Below, one piece after another: positions 46,655-56,454 of a stretch of 64,000 nucleotides of DNA (the stretch's first letter is position 1; each line of letters opens with the position of its first letter). This DNA is from an uncultured virus (IMG/VR IMGVR_UViG_3300020057_001237) (lineage: Duplodnaviria > Heunggongvirae > Uroviricota > Caudoviricetes), in the IMG/VR virus record IMGVR_UViG_3300020057_001237. One strand, 5' to 3'. The notes beneath the pieces were generated by a model that ran no database searches, had not been told where the DNA came from, and saw only the letters and a list, made by a program, of their open reading frames with translations. Both the position numbers and the translations under genes were made by a program.

Positions 46655-47634
46655 AAAGGGTTAGGAAGATCCCCTTCCTTAAAGAGTTCTTTGCCGTGTA
46701 CTGGACAGAAGCGTTTTTCTTCTTTGCCGATTAGTGATTTGAAATTACAACCACTTTCAGGGCAGAGGGCTTGCGTCAGGTTACGGTCGAGCAAGTTCAA
46801 GCTAGGGAACTCTTGCTCATAGAACTGGAGAAGGGTATCGGTTAGTTCGTTCGGTGCTTCTTTTAAAAGGTCAAAGAAAGCCTGTGACGCTCGCTCACGT
46901 CTCTCTTGCGGAGCCATCGCCGTATTCTTCTTAATGACGTAGCTATACTCTTCAAGCGGCACGTCGAAAATGTTGACCATCGGCACGCCGTCGATCTCTT
47001 GCACGGCGAACGAGACCAGACTCATTTCGACGTTTCCTCGAAGCTCGGCGTCGGAGACACTCCGCATACTTGCGTAACCAGTAAGCTTTATAATTTCCTC
47101 ACGGGAAAGCCGCTTCATTTTGTAGGTAGAGTCGCCTACCTTAATACTTGCGGTCTTTTCGGCACCGTCCATACCTAGCGTCGTTCTGATTTTGGAGAGG
47201 ACGGGGTGGATTTTACCTTCAGGTTTGAAGACCGGCTTAGCTTCAGGAGTCGGAGCCCGCTCTTGTTTTTGTTCTTCTTGACGACGACGGTTTTGTTCGA
47301 CCTGCTTTTCTTCTTCTTCTTGTTGAAAGGAGCCTTGGTTGTAAGGGCTTTCGCCGCCGAGGCGTCCCGTACCTAAGTGCGTGGCAGCACTCGACGGAGC
47401 AGCATTGAGTTGATCCCAATCTATTTCTAAGCCCTCTGGGAGGTCACTAGAGTCGATGGCAGGTGTGGTGGAGTATGACGGTGGTGATGGTTGTGGTGGG
47501 GGTGTTCCCGTATTGAGTTCCCTAGAAACCTCGATCTTACTGCGTAGGTGCGGGAACTGCGTCATAAGGTTTTCAAACTGTTTTCTCTCTTCAGGTCCGA
47601 GCTTGTCTAAGTCGCCCATCTTAACAAAAGCCAT
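46651..47634 (-). CDS. tail assembly chaperone (gpG-like)
   Basis: Lies upstream of the tape measure gene and ends in C CCT TTT TAA. It has a disordered N-terminus and a CP..C...CP.HG C-terminus. Confidence 0.75.
   Translation of the reverse strand: MAFVKMGDLDKLGPEERKQFENLMTQFPHLRSKIEVSRELNTGTPPPQPSPPSYSTTPAIDSSDLPEGLEIDWDQLNAAPSSAATHLGTGRLGGESPYNQGSFQQEEEEKQVEQNRRRQEEQKQERAPTPEAKPVFKPEGKIHPVLSKIRTTLGMDGAEKTASIKVGDSTYKMKRLSREEIIKLTGYASMRSVSDAELRGNVEMSLVSFAVQEIDGVPMVNIFDVPLEEYSYVIKKNTAMAPQERRERASQAFFDLLKEAPNELTDTLLQFYEQEFPSLNLLDRNLTQALCPESGCNFKSLIGKEEKRFCPVHGKELFKEGDLPNPF
46654..46660 (-). promoter_or_regulatory. programmed -1 ribosomal frameshift site CCCTTTT
   Basis: X XXY YYZ heptamer in the correct frame, just before the stop codon. 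Confidence 0.8.
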
Positions 47635-47702
47635 AGTTACCCCTAAGCATTAATAATAACGGAGAGCGTTAATCTCAGATGTGTTTTTGACTGCTGTTGG
47701 GA

Positions 47703-48269
47703 TTATACTTGGGAAGTTCTGAGAAAGAAATCTGTAACTGGTGATAAAGATTTCCATCCACCGATTGATTCGATGGCTTTCTCGAAGCTGGCTTTGGACT
47801 TGTAGATAGCAAGGCGTTCGGAGTCGTAGGGGATCAAGTCACGGTCTGACAAGTAGACGTTGGCAAAGCACACGGCTTTGTTGGCTAAATTTAAACACTT
47901 GTGGATGAAGTTCTCTTGCTCTTCCCACGGTATATACATCGAACAGCTTACGTAAAGAAGATCCACCGGCTTCAAGTTGTCTGCGGTCATGAAGTCATCA
48001 AAGAGGATCTTGCCGGAAGCTTGCCGATCTTTGGGGATCTGTTGGCTTTCAACGCCGTAGATAAGGGAGCCCTCAGGTAAGCACATACCCATATCCTCAA
48101 GCGTTTGCCCAGGACCGCAGCCGATGTCGGCGAAGCTTGTAGGCTTACCGCCAACTCCGTTGCTGTACAGCTCTAGGAGACGTTCGGGACTAAACGCAAA
48201 GCGGTAAGTCTCTTCGTAGGAGCCGTTGTAGTAGTTGTCGTAGTATGACTTGCTGTATTTTAATTTCAT
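47703..48269 (-). CDS. class I SAM-dependent methyltransferase
   Basis: FADIGCGPG motif I and YGVE motif II. Confidence 0.82.
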   Translation of the reverse strand: MKLKYSKSYYDNYYNGSYEETYRFAFSPERLLELYSNGVGGKPTSFADIGCGPGQTLEDMGMCLPEGSLIYGVESQQIPKDRQASGKILFDDFMTADNLKPVDLLYVSCSMYIPWEEQENFIHKCLNLANKAVCFANVYLSDRDLIPYDSERLAIYKSKASFEKAIESIGGWKSLSPVTDFFLRTSQV

Positions 48270-49561
48270 TACACGTACACGTTGTCTGTTCCGGCGTCGG
48301 TGAAACCGAAGCCGTATGTTCCAAGGACGGCGTTGACCGTTCCGAAGATGCTGTTGTGACTGCCTGTGGTGTGGTAGACGTTGGTCACTACCGCACCTGA
48401 CGCATTGATCTCAAAGTAGGCACTTGTCACCGTACAGTAGTTGCCTGTAATCCGAATACCCGCCGCTGCCGTACCTGTACCGGTATAAATAATGCGGGGA
48501 GCGACAAGTTGAATGCCCGTTCCAGATAAGATAAGTGGGATCGTTATTGACGAGCAAGTAATAGATACGCTAGGCAAAAAGTCTAAAAGAACATTGTTAG
48601 CGCTAATCGTTTCAGTGGCAGTAATCGTAAGGTTTTGAGCTACTAACACGGTGTCGCCGTCCACGATACCCGCCGCTGCTATGGTGCCGTAGTCGTCAGG
48701 TCCGATGATCTTATTGTACTTAGACGACGACGTGCCACCGCCACCCCCACCAGTAAAGCGGAGGACGGTAGGAATGCCGCCGACAGAGTTTTCGATGACG
48801 TTAGTTAAGGAATTGGCAGTTTTGAATTTGACAGGAGCTACCGACGTACACTGAAGGTCGATGTAACCAATCGCCAAACCTTTAAGCGGTTTTAGGATCG
48901 CACCTGCGTTCGGCAAGTTGGCTAACACGGCGTCTTGAGCAGAGAACTTTGCGGCAATGGTCGAGTTATACTGTGCCGTAAAGACAAGCCTACGGTAGTT
49001 CCCTAAAAGGGTAGCCGGAAAGGTAAGTGTAGGACCGTTGAAACCATCTAAGACGCTAGCACCTGAAATGACTTCCGTGTCGAAATCAATAGTAGTCGCA
49101 GGAATAGAAACAACTACGTCTTTGATAGGCGAAGCTATCTTAGTGCTATCCGCCGTCGAGATTTCACTGGCGTCAATATTGAGTACCGTTGTCGGAGGGG
49201 AGTCGGCATAGATCTTAAAGGGCACAGTTTCAGACGTGCTCTTTGCAAGAGCGAAGTCCCAATCGCCGACAGCAGTGCCGCCGTCCATGAGACGAATTTC
49301 TCTTTCCTCGCCGAACAAGATCGTTTGGGCAAAACTGAAGTCACTATATTGGATCGTGCAAGTCGCCGACGAGCGGTTGATGACAAAGTACCGCATACCG
49401 TCAAAGCAGGTCGTGGCGTCGGGCAAGACAATGGTTTGCGCCACGCCGCCGTTTAGACGGATGACGGTTGCCGAAGTCGGTGATAGGGCTAACGCCGTAC
49501 CAGAAGTGGTAATGTCAACGATGGATTCAGCTAATACGCCTGTCGATAAAAGATCAGCCAT
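48269..49561 (-). CDS. virion structural/fibre-like protein
   Basis: QTIVLPDATT...G.RY..IN.S motif, GGGGG hinge and a short beta-helix C-terminus. Confidence 0.6.
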   Translation of the reverse strand: MADLLSTGVLAESIVDITTSGTALALSPTSATVIRLNGGVAQTIVLPDATTCFDGMRYFVINRSSATCTIQYSDFSFAQTILFGEEREIRLMDGGTAVGDWDFALAKSTSETVPFKIYADSPPTTVLNIDASEISTADSTKIASPIKDVVVSIPATTIDFDTEVISGASVLDGFNGPTLTFPATLLGNYRRLVFTAQYNSTIAAKFSAQDAVLANLPNAGAILKPLKGLAIGYIDLQCTSVAPVKFKTANSLTNVIENSVGGIPTVLRFTGGGGGGTSSSKYNKIIGPDDYGTIAAAGIVDGDTVLVAQNLTITATETISANNVLLDFLPSVSITCSSITIPLILSGTGIQLVAPRIIYTGTGTAAAGIRITGNYCTVTSAYFEINASGAVVTNVYHTTGSHNSIFGTVNAVLGTYGFGFTDAGTDNVYV

Positions 49562-49982
49562 GAGCCTCACCACCTATAAGAGCTAAAAGCTCCCCTACCC
49601 AAAGGTCTTGGGTTAAGAGCATCGTGCTAAGTTGTGCGGAAACTAGTTCGTTCTTCAATGTTCGTGCCGTCTCTAAGACCTCTCTGGCGTTTGGACGTAT
49701 CATCTCGATCAAGTCTACCGACGATAATGTCTTCACGTCTTGAAGGTATTCCGTAGGATAAGTGCCTTTAGTCTTTGGAACCTTCTTTGTCGAAGGTTTG
49801 TCGGGATCTATTAGAACCTGTACGGATTCACCCTCTGCCTCATCTTCAGATACTAAATCTTCAAAAGCCTGCTCTAGGTTGCCGTAGTCTAAAGTTCTTT
49901 TTCCAGTTTCGTAAATGATCGTTGAATCACCCTCATGTTTGGTGATTTTACGGTGTGGGTATTTGCTAAGGATCAATTTCAT
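49554..49982 (-). CDS. hypothetical protein
   Basis: Coupled to both neighbours. Confidence 0.65.
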   Translation of the reverse strand: MKLILSKYPHRKITKHEGDSTIIYETGKRTLDYGNLEQAFEDLVSEDEAEGESVQVLIDPDKPSTKKVPKTKGTYPTEYLQDVKTLSSVDLIEMIRPNAREVLETARTLKNELVSAQLSTMLLTQDLWVGELLALIGGEAHG

Positions 49983-52900
49983 TTATCACCCAAGATATCA
50001 AATTCCGCTAAGTCAAACCGGAAGATCTTTGACACATCTGCTTTAAAAGCTTCCCAATCAACGATACGTAAATCTGGGTAGCTATGTTGGATCTTTTTAA
50101 AGAGTGTGGCTAGCTTGGTTCTCGTGATATTTAAATACCAATAAGGAGCGCCGTCTTTAAAGTGTAGACGCTGCAAGATCAACATCTCATCACTACCCTC
50201 TCGCACGCTGTCGGTGTAGACGAGGGGATAGCCGTCGATAGTAGCGAAGTGGAACTCGATTAGTAGCGGCTCTGCCTTCTTCGGTTCTTTAGCGCCTGCA
50301 ATCTTCTGCTTGCTTTCACGCTCTAGTTGCTTCAAAGCCCCCTGCTTTGCAGGACGAATACGTCCCGTAGCGATACCCTCTTCGAGGTTTTCTTTGTTGA
50401 TGATCTCAACATTTTTCGCCTCAAGGTCGTGGACGAGCTTAGTCACGCCGCCTTTAGCCGGGACTTCGATATACATGTACTCGCTCTGAAGGCTGAAACC
50501 GAGCCTCCGCACGAAGCCTTGAGGATCAGATACCTTGAAGCAAGTGAGGTAAACCTCTCTGTCTCTCTTCTGAAGGTTGAACTTGAGACGCTTTGGATTC
50601 TCAGGTTCGTTCGGTAGCTTCTTAAGCTCTTCCTCTTTGATGTAGATATTTTTGTTGGAGTTACCTTCAAAGTTCTTCGTTGATGGGACTACGTTTAGTT
50701 TTTCGCCTCTATCGAGGGGCTTATACGAAGCGGGAGCCATCGTGCGGCTGCCGTACAGTTCCTTTTCCACATCTCTTTGCGTAAGTTTGAAGTTTTCGAT
50801 TTTCTTTTGACGGTCGATGTAAGGAACTAAAGCCTTTTCGCCTTGCTCCGACTGCATCGACGCCAAGCTCATAGCAACGTGGGGGATGACATCTTTGTCT
50901 TCGTAGTCGGAGTTTGCTTTCGCAATCATGTGCTCTTGGCTGATGATGCGGGCATTTTTCAAGATCTCAGCACTGTTTTCAACGATGATGTGATGAACGA
51001 AGACTTCACGGGTTTGCTTTAGGCGTGCCGCTCGGTCTTGTCTTTGTCGCATATCGCCGGAAGTCCAAAGCGTATCCGCATGGATGACACAGTTAGCTAC
51101 TTGAAGGTTATGACCAGTACGTAGGCTCTGATCGACGCCGACGATGATCTTAGGGCTCATGCCTTCGATCTTAAAGCGGTTCAGCTCATCGACTTTGCCT
51201 GCGTCGTAGTATACAGCTTGCTCGCGCAGTTGCGGATCAAGGTGTCTGATGATGTTGTGAGCAGACTCAGAAAATTGAGTAAAGATAATAACTTTGCCGT
51301 TGTCTGGCTTACCTAGATGCTCCGAGCAGATCTTATTAATAGCTGCCGACTTAGGTGAAACCGTATCGTCGCCACTGAGAAGAGCGCCGATCTTTTTTAC
51401 TTTAGACGGTGCATTGAGAAAGAGATCTAACGACTTGAACCTCTGAAGGAGGTTTTCGGCGATGACGGGCTCACCCTCGTCAAGAGAAAGTTTGAACGCC
51501 AAAAAAGCTTTAGCGAGCACGGGATCGTTCTCGATGATATTCGCTTCCCCCGCAAGAAAGTCAGCGTAGACTTTGGCTTGCTGTGGGGTAAAGCTAACGA
51601 AGTGGTATCTGCGGTGAACTTTTGGAAGTGCGTAACCCCAAGCTGTTGACCGTATTTGCGGAACACCGAACGACTTCAGGCGCTCCCTGATTTGTTTCGG
51701 CGCTTCCTCTTTGTAGTCGTTAAGATCGCCGTTTTTGGAGTATTTGTTTAAAAACTTTTCCGGCGTGCCGAACATCGACGACTGCACAAACCCGCAAGGA
51801 CCAACGATGTCTAAGAGGTTTCCAGGCATTAATGTTCCTGTGAGACCTCTGACGATGGGTAGCTTCTGGAAAGCTGATATAGCTTGGCTGATGTTGCTTT
51901 CGTTTTTTAAAACGTGGAACTCGTCAGCGTACACGCCGTCCACTTTAAGCTTGTTTAAAAGCTTGTAAGGATTTTCAAAGACTTTGATTTCTTTGTACTT
52001 GTATTGACCTCGACGCATCGCCACTTGTCCGTTAGGAATCGCTTTAGGATTCATAGCAAGCCAAGTGTAAGACGTTATGAAGACTGTGTTGTCAGGTGCC
52101 TTCGCTGCCTCGTCTAAGAAAGCGTCAGTGTCACCTTTCTTCCAAGTGTTAATGGAGTCAGTAGTAATGATCCAAGGGTTGAGGTCGGAGAAGTTTTTGA
52201 CTTCCGTAGCGAACTGCTCAACGAGGGAGCCGAAGACGACCACGAGCGGTTTCTTCATCTTGTTTTTTTCGATTTGCTGCAAAATATCGGCGATCTGCAT
52301 CAGAGTCTTACCAGCGCCGGGATCGGCGTCAACGGGAAGCCTCGGTGCGATGTCGAGACAACCCACTGTGTACCCTTGGTGACCGTAAAACTCCGTACCT
52401 TCTTTGAGACCGGCAATTGTACGGCTAGAGATGTCAGACGGCTTCACTGCCTGCATCTTCTTGAGATAGCTGCTCATCTCGTCTTGTATCTCGGTGCGCT
52501 TCTCTTTTAAATGAGGAGCAAGCAGAGGCAATACGTTGTCGAAGTCAAAGCGGTCGTAGACCGGAAGCTTGTGGAAGGCTGCTCGGTGGGACTTCGTGCG
52601 TTCATAGTCTACGTCACTGTCGATGATGCCACGCTGCTCGGCGTAGCCTAAGATTTCTGCCTTATCGAGGAAGTTAAGGGGACGGTTACCTGTGAGGTTG
52701 AGCGCCTGCCATTGACCTTTCTCGTTGATGAAATAATAGACATCATCTTCTTGGTGGTAAAATTCACCTGCATGTCCCTTTAAGAGGTGACTTGATTCGT
52801 CAAGTGCTTTCTTATCTTCTGGAAGGTTCGACTCTGAGTATTTCTCGAAAAGACTTTTTTGTTGGTCGGCGAGCTTCTTGACCTGCTCCGACATCGGCGA

Positions 52901-53398
52901 CATCGGTGCGTAGAAGTAAGACCCGTCGTAGAGTGCGAGCATGTTGTCGAGCGAGAACTCACCTACGCCGTGCTCAGTCGCTTCGGACGGGTCTAAACTT
53001 TGGAGGCGGGGATCATAGGCATTGACCATTTCCCCCTCGATGTAGACACCCTTTTGGTCTCCCATCTCTTTGACGGTAGCCTTCTTTACGGCAACATACG
53101 ACGGATCAATACGGCAACCCTTCAATGCGAAGGCTCCCATGAAGTCCGTTGGTGATATTTGAAATATGTAGTCGGCAGCATCTTTGAACTTGGCGCTTGT
53201 CATCGACCGGTAGACTTCATCGGTCAAAGGCTTCTTGAAGAAACCACCGAACAGCTCGAACTTTCCGTCCGTCCCAACATAGGGATAAAATGACATCCCC
53301 TCTTGGACGACACGCAAAGGCGCGTCCCCGTAGAGGAAAAATCCTGCCTTGAGTTTGGCTTTGGGGCTAAGTTGTTTTTTACCTAAGATCAGTTTCAC
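49979..53398 (-). CDS. SNF2-family (SF2) helicase/ATPase
   Basis: Walker A DADPGAGKT, DEFH, LTGT, KVIIFTQF, GHNLQVAN and QRQDRAAR. A GTG start overlaps the upstream TGA. Confidence 0.88.
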   Translation of the reverse strand: MKLILGKKQLSPKAKLKAGFFLYGDAPLRVVQEGMSFYPYVGTDGKFELFGGFFKKPLTDEVYRSMTSAKFKDAADYIFQISPTDFMGAFALKGCRIDPSYVAVKKATVKEMGDQKGVYIEGEMVNAYDPRLQSLDPSEATEHGVGEFSLDNMLALYDGSYFYAPMSPMSEQVKKLADQQKSLFEKYSESNLPEDKKALDESSHLLKGHAGEFYHQEDDVYYFINEKGQWQALNLTGNRPLNFLDKAEILGYAEQRGIIDSDVDYERTKSHRAAFHKLPVYDRFDFDNVLPLLAPHLKEKRTEIQDEMSSYLKKMQAVKPSDISSRTIAGLKEGTEFYGHQGYTVGCLDIAPRLPVDADPGAGKTLMQIADILQQIEKNKMKKPLVVVFGSLVEQFATEVKNFSDLNPWIITTDSINTWKKGDTDAFLDEAAKAPDNTVFITSYTWLAMNPKAIPNGQVAMRRGQYKYKEIKVFENPYKLLNKLKVDGVYADEFHVLKNESNISQAISAFQKLPIVRGLTGTLMPGNLLDIVGPCGFVQSSMFGTPEKFLNKYSKNGDLNDYKEEAPKQIRERLKSFGVPQIRSTAWGYALPKVHRRYHFVSFTPQQAKVYADFLAGEANIIENDPVLAKAFLAFKLSLDEGEPVIAENLLQRFKSLDLFLNAPSKVKKIGALLSGDDTVSPKSAAINKICSEHLGKPDNGKVIIFTQFSESAHNIIRHLDPQLREQAVYYDAGKVDELNRFKIEGMSPKIIVGVDQSLRTGHNLQVANCVIHADTLWTSGDMRQRQDRAARLKQTREVFVHHIIVENSAEILKNARIISQEHMIAKANSDYEDKDVIPHVAMSLASMQSEQGEKALVPYIDRQKKIENFKLTQRDVEKELYGSRTMAPASYKPLDRGEKLNVVPSTKNFEGNSNKNIYIKEEELKKLPNEPENPKRLKFNLQKRDREVYLTCFKVSDPQGFVRRLGFSLQSEYMYIEVPAKGGVTKLVHDLEAKNVEIINKENLEEGIATGRIRPAKQGALKQLERESKQKIAGAKEPKKAEPLLIEFHFATIDGYPLVYTDSVREGSDEMLILQRLHFKDGAPYWYLNITRTKLATLFKKIQHSYPDLRIVDWEAFKADVSKIFRFDLAEFDILGDK

Positions 53399-53883
53399 TC
53401 GTCTTCCTCTCGAAGAGCTAAGAACACGTCTTTGACGGCGAAAAGATCCCAATGGGAAGACACCGGAAGCTTTTCGGACTTAGCAAACGCTAGCAGTGCT
53501 TCGGCGTTCGGCTTCATTACGTCAGGATGTAAGTAGCTAAAATAGTTTACATCATACATGAGATCTAAGCGATCTCTGTTTGCTTTCAAATCTGGTTCTT
53601 TAAGGACAGCAGTAGACTGATAACGACGGCGACTAGGAGCCTTGCCGTCGCTTTCCACCGCAGGAAGTACAAAACCCTCGTCGGCGGAAGCTGTGACCGT
53701 AGAGGTCTCTTCCATCCCATCAAGGATCTTCATTAGTTCGTCGGCGTGCTTTTCTTCCATGATGTGGAAGAGGTAGTGGTCAAGAACTTTCCAGAGGGCT
53801 TTCTTGCTGTAGTTACGTAGACGTGCGGCGAGCTTCTTATAGGCGGTAGCACTGATCTCGCCGTGGACTGAGATGCGTCTCAT
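53395..53883 (-). CDS. hypothetical protein
   Basis: ATG ORF in the operon. Confidence 0.65.
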   Translation of the reverse strand: MRRISVHGEISATAYKKLAARLRNYSKKALWKVLDHYLFHIMEEKHADELMKILDGMEETSTVTASADEGFVLPAVESDGKAPSRRRYQSTAVLKEPDLKANRDRLDLMYDVNYFSYLHPDVMKPNAEALLAFAKSEKLPVSSHWDLFAVKDVFLALREEDE

Positions 53884-53904
53884 ATGTTAGGGCACCTTTC
53901 CGGT

Positions 53905-54123
53905 TTAACGCCCTGAGCAGCAACCTCTTTTCGTAAGCTGAAGAAGCGATACCCGAGGCTTTGGTACAGTTGTTTTACTGCTAAAGAAATCTTGTTCGAG
54001 ATATAGCTTCTGAAGTTGTGAAGTGAGCTGGCGGATTTTCGGCTCTAAATCACGTTCTCCCTTCTTGTAACGCTCCTTACAAGTATCGAGAAGTTTTTCA
54101 AGATACGTGATTTGTTCGGTCAT
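53905..54123 (-). CDS. hypothetical protein
   Basis: ATGA overlap and a Cys-containing C-terminus. Confidence 0.55.
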   Translation of the reverse strand: MTEQITYLEKLLDTCKERYKKGERDLEPKIRQLTSQLQKLYLEQDFFSSKTTVPKPRVSLLQLTKRGCCSGR

Positions 54124-55808
54124 AGTTCAATCGACTGAAAACGCATCTCCATAAGGAGTTGCTTGATATAAGGACCATTGCGAAGCTGCGCTCTTACCTC
54201 AGCAGGTACCGTAACCCCTAACTCGTCTTCTACATCGGCTAGTAGTAAGTTCAAAAGATGATCTTTATCAGACTGCAACGCAGCACTTTTGATCTCTCTA
54301 AACGACGGCGTGCGTGGCAAGTAGTCAGCAAGCGAGTCCGGCTGCCAACTGCTTAGTTCCTTGTAAAAGGAGGAAAGTGCGACACCGATGGCTTGCAAAG
54401 ATACTTCCCTACGGCGTTCCTTAGCTAGCTTAGCTTCACCTAACCAAGCCGCAAAGCAGGCTTCGTAAAGCTTCTCTTCGCTCTTAGCCATGGCAAAGGC
54501 GTGCGGCGACAACGGCAACTTAGTACCGCTCATAGCGGGACTGAGAGCTTGGAGCATCCACATGTCGAACTCACACTGTAAAGCCGTCTTGCGGTCGAGG
54601 TCTTGTTGACCTACGACTTCATCGAAAGCCTTCTGAACCCATAAAGGGTTACCTACGGTGTCTTTGACATAAGCTGATAGTCTTTTTCTTACAATTTCTT
54701 TGAGCGTTTGCTCTTCAGGTGCGGATTCGGCTACAGGTGCATAAAGTGCTTGGTAGAGGTTGGTGGCTTCTAGCCAGCCTAAGACCGCCTCTTCGACCGA
54801 AGCTTGTACTGGAGTCGGGAACTCAAAGGCAAGCACGGAGCGCCTGATCCAAGACCACGGTGCAATCTTTTCTCTGCGATCTACCTTCTGAAGGAGGTCG
54901 AGATAGGAAATGTTAAGCTTGCCTGATTTAAAGGCAGTCTCGAAATCCTGAGCTAAAACAACACGGTCGATGAGAGGATTGACAGCTTCACTTACGTCGT
55001 CCCCTGCGTTGCGAGCCTCCACCGCTTTGCGGATCAAAGGTTCAAGCGAGGCTTGAGCCTCAAGCCTGTCGATGATCGGCGTAGGTAGATGTTCCATTCG
55101 TTTAGGATCAGAAAGCTGGGCTTTAAAGAAGTTCCAAGGAATGATGTCTTTGCCTTTGCCATCTTCATCTTCTAAGAGATCGATGTCTTCCCACTTGAGC
55201 TTCTTCTTGTCGAAGAAGTAAATGACGGAATGAGCAAAATCCATCAAAGGATCGCTAGACTTAATGCCTGCACGATTACGTAGAAAGTCCGTAACACTTT
55301 TACTGTCGATCTTACTGTCGGGTTTTTGCTGACTGCGTTTTACAGCGTTGATGACACGCATTACAGTCTCGAAATCCACCTTAGGGTTAGCTTCGACTTT
55401 CGTCGCCGCATTAGACTCGTTGGATGGAATAATCGTGATGAGAGAATGGATGTCGGAACAAAGCTTAGCTTTTGCGAGGTCAATCAAATATTGAACAAAC
55501 TCAGTACGTGTCCAAAATCTAAAGTCGCCGGGGAATTTGCTGCTCGTGGGGGTCGAGAGGTATTCCGAGCGGTCGTTCTTGGATACGAACCAAACTTGTG
55601 GACGCTCACCTAAGAAGCGAATTTCGATGCGTGGAGTATAACCCTTACCGATACAGTAGATACCGAGCGTTCTCGGACCATCTTGTGTGTCGGAAAGACC
55701 TAATTGGGTGCTTGGGATTTCTTCGACTAAGATGCCATTCGACACGCATAAAGCGTCGTGTTGAAGGCAGTAGCGAAGCCAAGCGAAGACTTCACGCAGT
55801 ATCATCAT
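54120..55808 (-). CDS. hypothetical protein
   Basis: 562 aa with a GGGAG RBS. Confidence 0.7.
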   Translation of the reverse strand: MMILREVFAWLRYCLQHDALCVSNGILVEEIPSTQLGLSDTQDGPRTLGIYCIGKGYTPRIEIRFLGERPQVWFVSKNDRSEYLSTPTSSKFPGDFRFWTRTEFVQYLIDLAKAKLCSDIHSLITIIPSNESNAATKVEANPKVDFETVMRVINAVKRSQQKPDSKIDSKSVTDFLRNRAGIKSSDPLMDFAHSVIYFFDKKKLKWEDIDLLEDEDGKGKDIIPWNFFKAQLSDPKRMEHLPTPIIDRLEAQASLEPLIRKAVEARNAGDDVSEAVNPLIDRVVLAQDFETAFKSGKLNISYLDLLQKVDRREKIAPWSWIRRSVLAFEFPTPVQASVEEAVLGWLEATNLYQALYAPVAESAPEEQTLKEIVRKRLSAYVKDTVGNPLWVQKAFDEVVGQQDLDRKTALQCEFDMWMLQALSPAMSGTKLPLSPHAFAMAKSEEKLYEACFAAWLGEAKLAKERRREVSLQAIGVALSSFYKELSSWQPDSLADYLPRTPSFREIKSAALQSDKDHLLNLLLADVEDELGVTVPAEVRAQLRNGPYIKQLLMEMRFQSIEL

Positions 55809-55824
55809 TCACTCCCGTATAGGA

Positions 55825-56418
55825 TTAGCTTCCAGGGAAGCCTTCAGCTCCGGTGTGCGATTTACTGACGTAAGCGATAGTAGCGTTGATTCTAGTTACG
55901 CCGTCGCCGTCCGAAGTAATAGCATCCGGGTTCTTGTTTTGGAACCAGCATCCACGATAAGTCCAGATGTTATAGGTATTATCACCTGCAATCCAGAACT
56001 CTTTAATCGTAAACGGGAAGTTTTGGTCGATCAAGTCGTCGTAGAGAGGAATAGAAGCATCGTTGAATGCTCTTTCCATTTCGCCTTTCCAAACTTCAGC
56101 ACGGGTCACGGCAATCGTGAAGCCTGTCGCTTTGCCTGGAATGTACTCAACCGGACGACCCCAAGAGGTTGTCGCTAGTTCGTAAAGGTGGATACCGTCA
56201 CGAGTGTAGCTGTCCGGCTGCCAAGACTGAATCCTGCCAACAACGATGGTGTTGCTGTCGTTTAGACCAGCGACGATAGAAACGCCGTGGTATACTTTAG
56301 TTGTGTTGAAGTCGAGTTCTGAGCTGTAAAAGAACTGCTCTACCGCTTTGACGCCGTAGTTCACTCCCGATCCAGCAGGCTGACCCAGAGCTGCTTTACT
56401 TACTTCGTAACTTGCCAT
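55825..56418 (-). CDS. tail tube protein
   Basis: 197 aa, downstream of the sheath. The VGRIQSW..R...YEL..EY.PG..PFTIKE..YRGCWF pattern is typical of large-myovirus tubes. Confidence 0.72.
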   Translation of the reverse strand: MASYEVSKAALGQPAGSGVNYGVKAVEQFFYSSELDFNTTKVYHGVSIVAGLNDSNTIVVGRIQSWQPDSYTRDGIHLYELATTSWGRPVEYIPGKATGFTIAVTRAEVWKGEMERAFNDASIPLYDDLIDQNFPFTIKEFWIAGDNTYNIWTYRGCWFQNKNPDAITSDGDGVTRINATIAYVSKSHTGAEGFPGS

Positions 56419-56454
56419 TTCTCCCCCTTAGAGATTCCAGATCGCTGAAGCACA

